The position numbers were made by a program, and so were the translations under genes. This document shows positions 60,217 through 64,000 of a stretch of 64,000 nt of DNA, one piece after another. The notes beneath the pieces were generated by a model that did no database searches, was not told the origin of the DNA, and was given only the letters and a program-made list of their open reading frames with translations. Within the stretch, counting starts at the first letter, position 1, and each line of letters opens with the position of its first letter. Origin of the DNA: Isurus oxyrinchus (Eukaryota); NCBI GenBank assembly GCA_026770705.1, contig JANJGN010000027.1, forward strand, positions 25,544,001-25,608,000, written 5' to 3'.

Positions 60217-60594
60217 TTGTGAGAAAAGGGTTTTTCTCCAATAGACAATTTCCACTCAGCAACTATCTGTTCATTGACAGCTGGATATGTAAATGTCATT
60301 AAGGTGCGGGAAGAGGTCACAAACCTTTCAGCGACATTCAAGTGCTCCTAATATTTTTGGTAAACTGCCCAGGCTGTGGTAACTGAAATCTCTGGGATTT
60401 GTTGAGTGATGGAATCCTGCCATTGAAAAACATTCAGGATCGGGGTCTGGTGTTCAACATCCCCAGGCATACCTGGAAATGGCCAAATCCTTCAGTAAAG
60501 TTGCAGTGCTAATTTGCTGTGTCAAGCCAGGGTTACTGCAGATCCTGACCACATTATTACATGGCTCTGTCTCTCAGCCTGAGTCTGCGAGTGG

Positions 60595-60790
60595 CATGCT
60601 CAGCATTGGGTCACAAAGTAATAGTTTGTGGAGTCCCAGACCAGCGTTTGAGCTCAATGAGTTGACGCTGCCATGCAGTACTGAGGGAGTGCTGCACTGG
60701 CAGAGGTGCTGACTTTTGGATGAAACATTTGAGCAGAGGTCTGTGTTCCTGCTGCAGAGGTCTGGTGCACATCACTGATTCCACTATATT
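60595..60790 (+). mobile_element. DeuSINE partial copy
   Basis: GCAGTACTGAGGGAGTGCTGCACTGGCAGAGGTGC..GGATGAAAC. Confidence 0.75.
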
Positions 60791-61089
60791 TGTGTCTGTT
60801 TCTCTCTCCTCTCTGGGATCGATGCCCACCTGATTACATCAGCAAGAAGCCCAGTAGAGAGAGGAGGAACTCAGGCCCTATTGAACAGCAATGGCTGTTC
60901 TCCAAGCCCCACTAAAGTTGTAACTGAGCCTCTGTGTTCACTAAGCACACAGTCCAATGGCAACCCCCGCTCCATCACTGCTCTTAAATGGGAAAAACTC
61001 ACCCTGTCTTTTCTACTGATGAATTAAGATGGTGTGTTCCTGTTCACACTGATCTTGGATTAAAGACTCCTTTACAATGTGGAGCCCAC

Positions 61090-61546
61090 AACGCAAGGAA
61101 TAGGCCCATCAAGCCTGCTCCACCAGTCAATACGATCATAGCTGATCTTGGACTTCAACTTCATTCTCCTGCCCGCTCCTCCCCTCCTCCCCTGTGATCC
61201 CAAAAATCTGTCTATCCCAGCCTGAGATGTATTCAATGATGGAGTATCCACAACCCCCTGGGGTAGAGAATTCCGTGGACTCACAACTCTTTGAGTGAAG
61301 AAATTTCTCCTCAGCTCAGTTCTAAATGATCAGCTGCTTATCCCGAGACTGTGTCCCAATGTCCTGGATTTCCTGACCAGTGTCCACCCTTGTAAAGCCC
61401 CTTCAGGGTTTTGTAGTGATCAATGCGATTGCCTCTCATGCTTTTGAATTCCAGAGAATGCAGGCCCAATTTACACAGCCTCTCATCATAGGGCAACCCC
61501 CCTCATCCCAGGGGCAAATCTAGTGAAATTGCACTGTGCCACCTCC
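61090..61546 (-). mobile_element. CR1 3' fragment
   Basis: Reverse complement of the same subfamily as 59882-60216. Confidence 0.9.
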
Positions 61547-62280
61547 ACATTAATCTTCTAACTGGGAACAAATTTTGCAGAAAAAATGTAAACCAGCGGG
61601 AGAAAGATGAAAAGCTGCTTGATAGAAAGTCAGGGGTAGCTGGGATACACCCACACTGAAAAATGTTCAGCCTGAAATGTTTCAAGTAAAGTGGAGAAAG
61701 GAGTAGCTGAGTATTACAGCAGCTCCAGTCAGTTATCCGAAGCCTTTAAAACCTCTTTAACAGAATGGTTAGGAGAAACCTGATGGCTTAATTACGATAC
61801 AAGTGGAACAATCACTAACCGCAAGCTTTATATACCCCAAGGATACCAAGGTCAGCATGGGGCTGGCCGTTTAAGATCCAAAATATAATACCAAGGCTGC
61901 AAGAGCAATTTCCCCATACACTTAAAGGGCAATTAAATTACTTTGACTGAAGTTTTGAAATGGAGGAATGTATTTTCCAGGCTTTCAGCTTCTCAGCTCT
62001 TTCACAGCATTGTTGCTGCACTCAATATCAAATCCTATCACATTCTGTTAAATCACTAAAGGATTCCTGGAACACTCTCCTGCACACCCGATGACAGGAC
62101 CATTCATTACTCGCCAATAAGAGCATCCATCAGACTGCCATGCACAGCCTCCGATTGGCTCAACCTATCCTACTGGTACTGGGGTTACTGACTTTCTGTT
62201 ATTATTTACAGCTGGTTTAAGGCCTGAGCTCAGGTGACCAGGAGATCAATTTCTTGTGTGCTTTTGCAGACTGTAGATAT

Positions 62281-62767
62281 GGGTGGGGGGATGGAGGACC
62301 GGACATGGGGATGGAGGATTGGGCGGGGGATGGAGGATTTGAGGGGGGGGGGGGGGGGGATGGAGGACTGGGGGGGGTTTGGAGGACTGGGCCGGGGCTT
62401 TGAGGACCGGGTGGGGGATGGAGGACTGGGGGGGGGGGATGGAGGACTGGGGGGGAATGGAGGACTTGGAGGGGGGGATGGAGGACTGGGTGGGGGTTTG
62501 GAGGACTGGGGGGGATGGAGGACTTGGCGGGGGGGGGGATGGAGGATCGGGTGGGGGATGGAGGACTGGGGGGGATGGAGGACTAGGTGGGAGTTTGGAG
62601 GACTGAGGGGGGATGGAGGACTGGGGGGGTGGTGATGGAGGACTGGGGGGGGGATGGAGGACCTGGGGTGGGGGATGGAGGACCGGGGGGGTTGGGAATG
62701 GAGGAGGACCGGGCGGGGGTTTGGAGGACCAGGGGAGGGGGGGGATGGAGGACAGGGCGGGGGGATG
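62281..62767. repeat. G-rich minisatellite (GGATGGAGGAC + G-run, about 17-22 bp)
   Basis: About 25 variable units. Confidence 0.93.
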
Positions 62768-62977
62768 AATCTCACTGGGAGCAGGCACTATTCCCAGAAA
62801 GCAGCACATTGAGGAATGGGCCAATTAATGGAGCTGTGAGTTGAGAGTGCACTCTTGCCAGCTTTGCATTTTTGCAAAGTCTGAGCTGCCCAGTGGATGT
62901 AGCATTGTCTGGTATCATTGCTCAGTGACTCCGGTAGATTAGCCAACACTTTAAATAATGCTATCAAAAGAAGGAAT

Positions 62978-63612
62978 GAACCTGCATTTGTATAGCGCCA
63001 TTCATTCACAACCTCAGGATGTCCCAAAGCACTTTGCAGCCACTGAGGTACTTCTGTAGCGTGGAGACTGCTGTAATATGTGAAACACAGCAGCCAATTT
63101 CAGCACAGCAATAACCCAAAACCTGCAATGGAGTAATGACCAGATAATCTGTCCCCATGAGCACATTCCTTAGCTAATCTCACCACCGACAACACCCCCT
63201 TTGTCCTTTTGTCTATGACATCTTTGGCAACCTCTTCTTTGTCTCCACCTATCACTGGCCCTCTATCCAGCTCTACCTATCCCACACCCCAACCAGCTTA
63301 TATTTCACCTCATTTCTATATTTCCTCAGTTCTGTTGAAGAGTCATACGGACTGGAAACATTAACTGTATTCCTCTCCGCAGATGCTGTCAGGCCTGCTG
63401 AGTTTTTCCAGCTATTTTTATTCTTGTTTCAGATTTCCAGCGTCCGCAGTGTTTTGCTTTTAATCTGTTTTTAGCTGTTAGTTGAGGGATAAATATTGAC
63501 CCCAGGACATTGGGGAGAACTCTTCCCTTCTCCTTGTCATTATGAGGTTTTTTTACTTTCCTGCGTTACCAGGCACATCCAAGGTCTCATCCATAAGATG
63601 GCACTTCCACAA
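62978..63612 (-). mobile_element. DeuSINE interrupted by a PLE fragment
   Basis: TGCATTTGTATAGCGCC tail (reverse complement). The body resumes at 63461. Confidence 0.85.
63153..63460 (+). mobile_element. Penelope 3' fragment with hammerhead motif and 8-bp TSD
   Basis: TSD TAATCTGT at 63145-52 and 63461-68. Motif AGTT-CTGTTGA-A-GAGTC-atacg-GACTG-GAAA-CATT-AACT at about 63328-63366. Confidence 0.88.
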
Positions 63613-63651
63613 TGACCCTTGTGTTCGAGTCTTTAGAATGGGTTTGTTTCC

Positions 63652-64000
63652 TTTATTCTTTCATGAGATGTGGACATCACTGGCAAAGGTGGCATTTGTT
63701 GCCCATCCCTATTTGCTCTTGCCAAGTGGTCATAAGTCTCCTCCTTGAACTGCTGCAGTCCATGTGTGTAGACATTAGTATAGCATTTTGGTACGACTGA
63801 GTGACTTGCTCGGTCATTTCACAGGGGTTACCCCTGCCCCCACCCACGTGTGGGTCTGGAGTCACATGGAGGCCAGAATGGATAAGGGTGGCAGGTTTCC
63901 TTCCCGAAAGGGCATTGGGTAACCAGATGGGTTTTTACAACAACAGCCGCCATTACTGAGATTAGCTTTTAATTCCCGATTCATTAATTAAATTTAAATT
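63652..64000 (-). mobile_element. tRNA-derived SINE, family B (runs off the window)
   Basis: TTCATGAGATGTGGACATCACTGGCAAAGG...GTGGGTCTGGAGTCACATG (reverse-complemented tail and body). Confidence 0.8.

Noticed and set aside
62230-62844. Pro-rich and Gly-rich ORFs
   Set aside because: Low-complexity G-rich repeat translation.

Overview
Vertebrate DNA, most likely from a shark or other elasmobranch (inferred from the repeat repertoire). It is intergenic or intronic, and I can recognise no host protein-coding gene. The window is a nested transposable-element landscape. (i) There are two decayed copies of a two-gene PIF/Harbinger DNA transposon, each with a DDE transposase and a convergent, intron-containing Myb/SANT-like gene. 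One copy is complete (30399-34671), and related MITEs are present. (ii) There are many Penelope-like element (PLE) fragments with GIY-YIG endonuclease remnants, whose 3' ends carry a minimal hammerhead-ribozyme motif. Two of them are tiny (about 170-220 bp) TSD-flanked fold-back insertions whose inversion junction lies inside the ribozyme motif. (iii) CR1 and L2 LINE remnants occur with two tRNA-derived SINE families, one of which shares its 3' stem-loop tail with a LINE in this window. (iv) Gypsy-type LTR remnants and solo LTRs are present. (v) There are six minisatellites, four of them inside transposon sequence. One assembly gap lies at 34754-34960. The long ORFs in the track are repeat artefacts. 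All family assignments come from motif recognition by eye, without database searches, and many boundaries are approximate.
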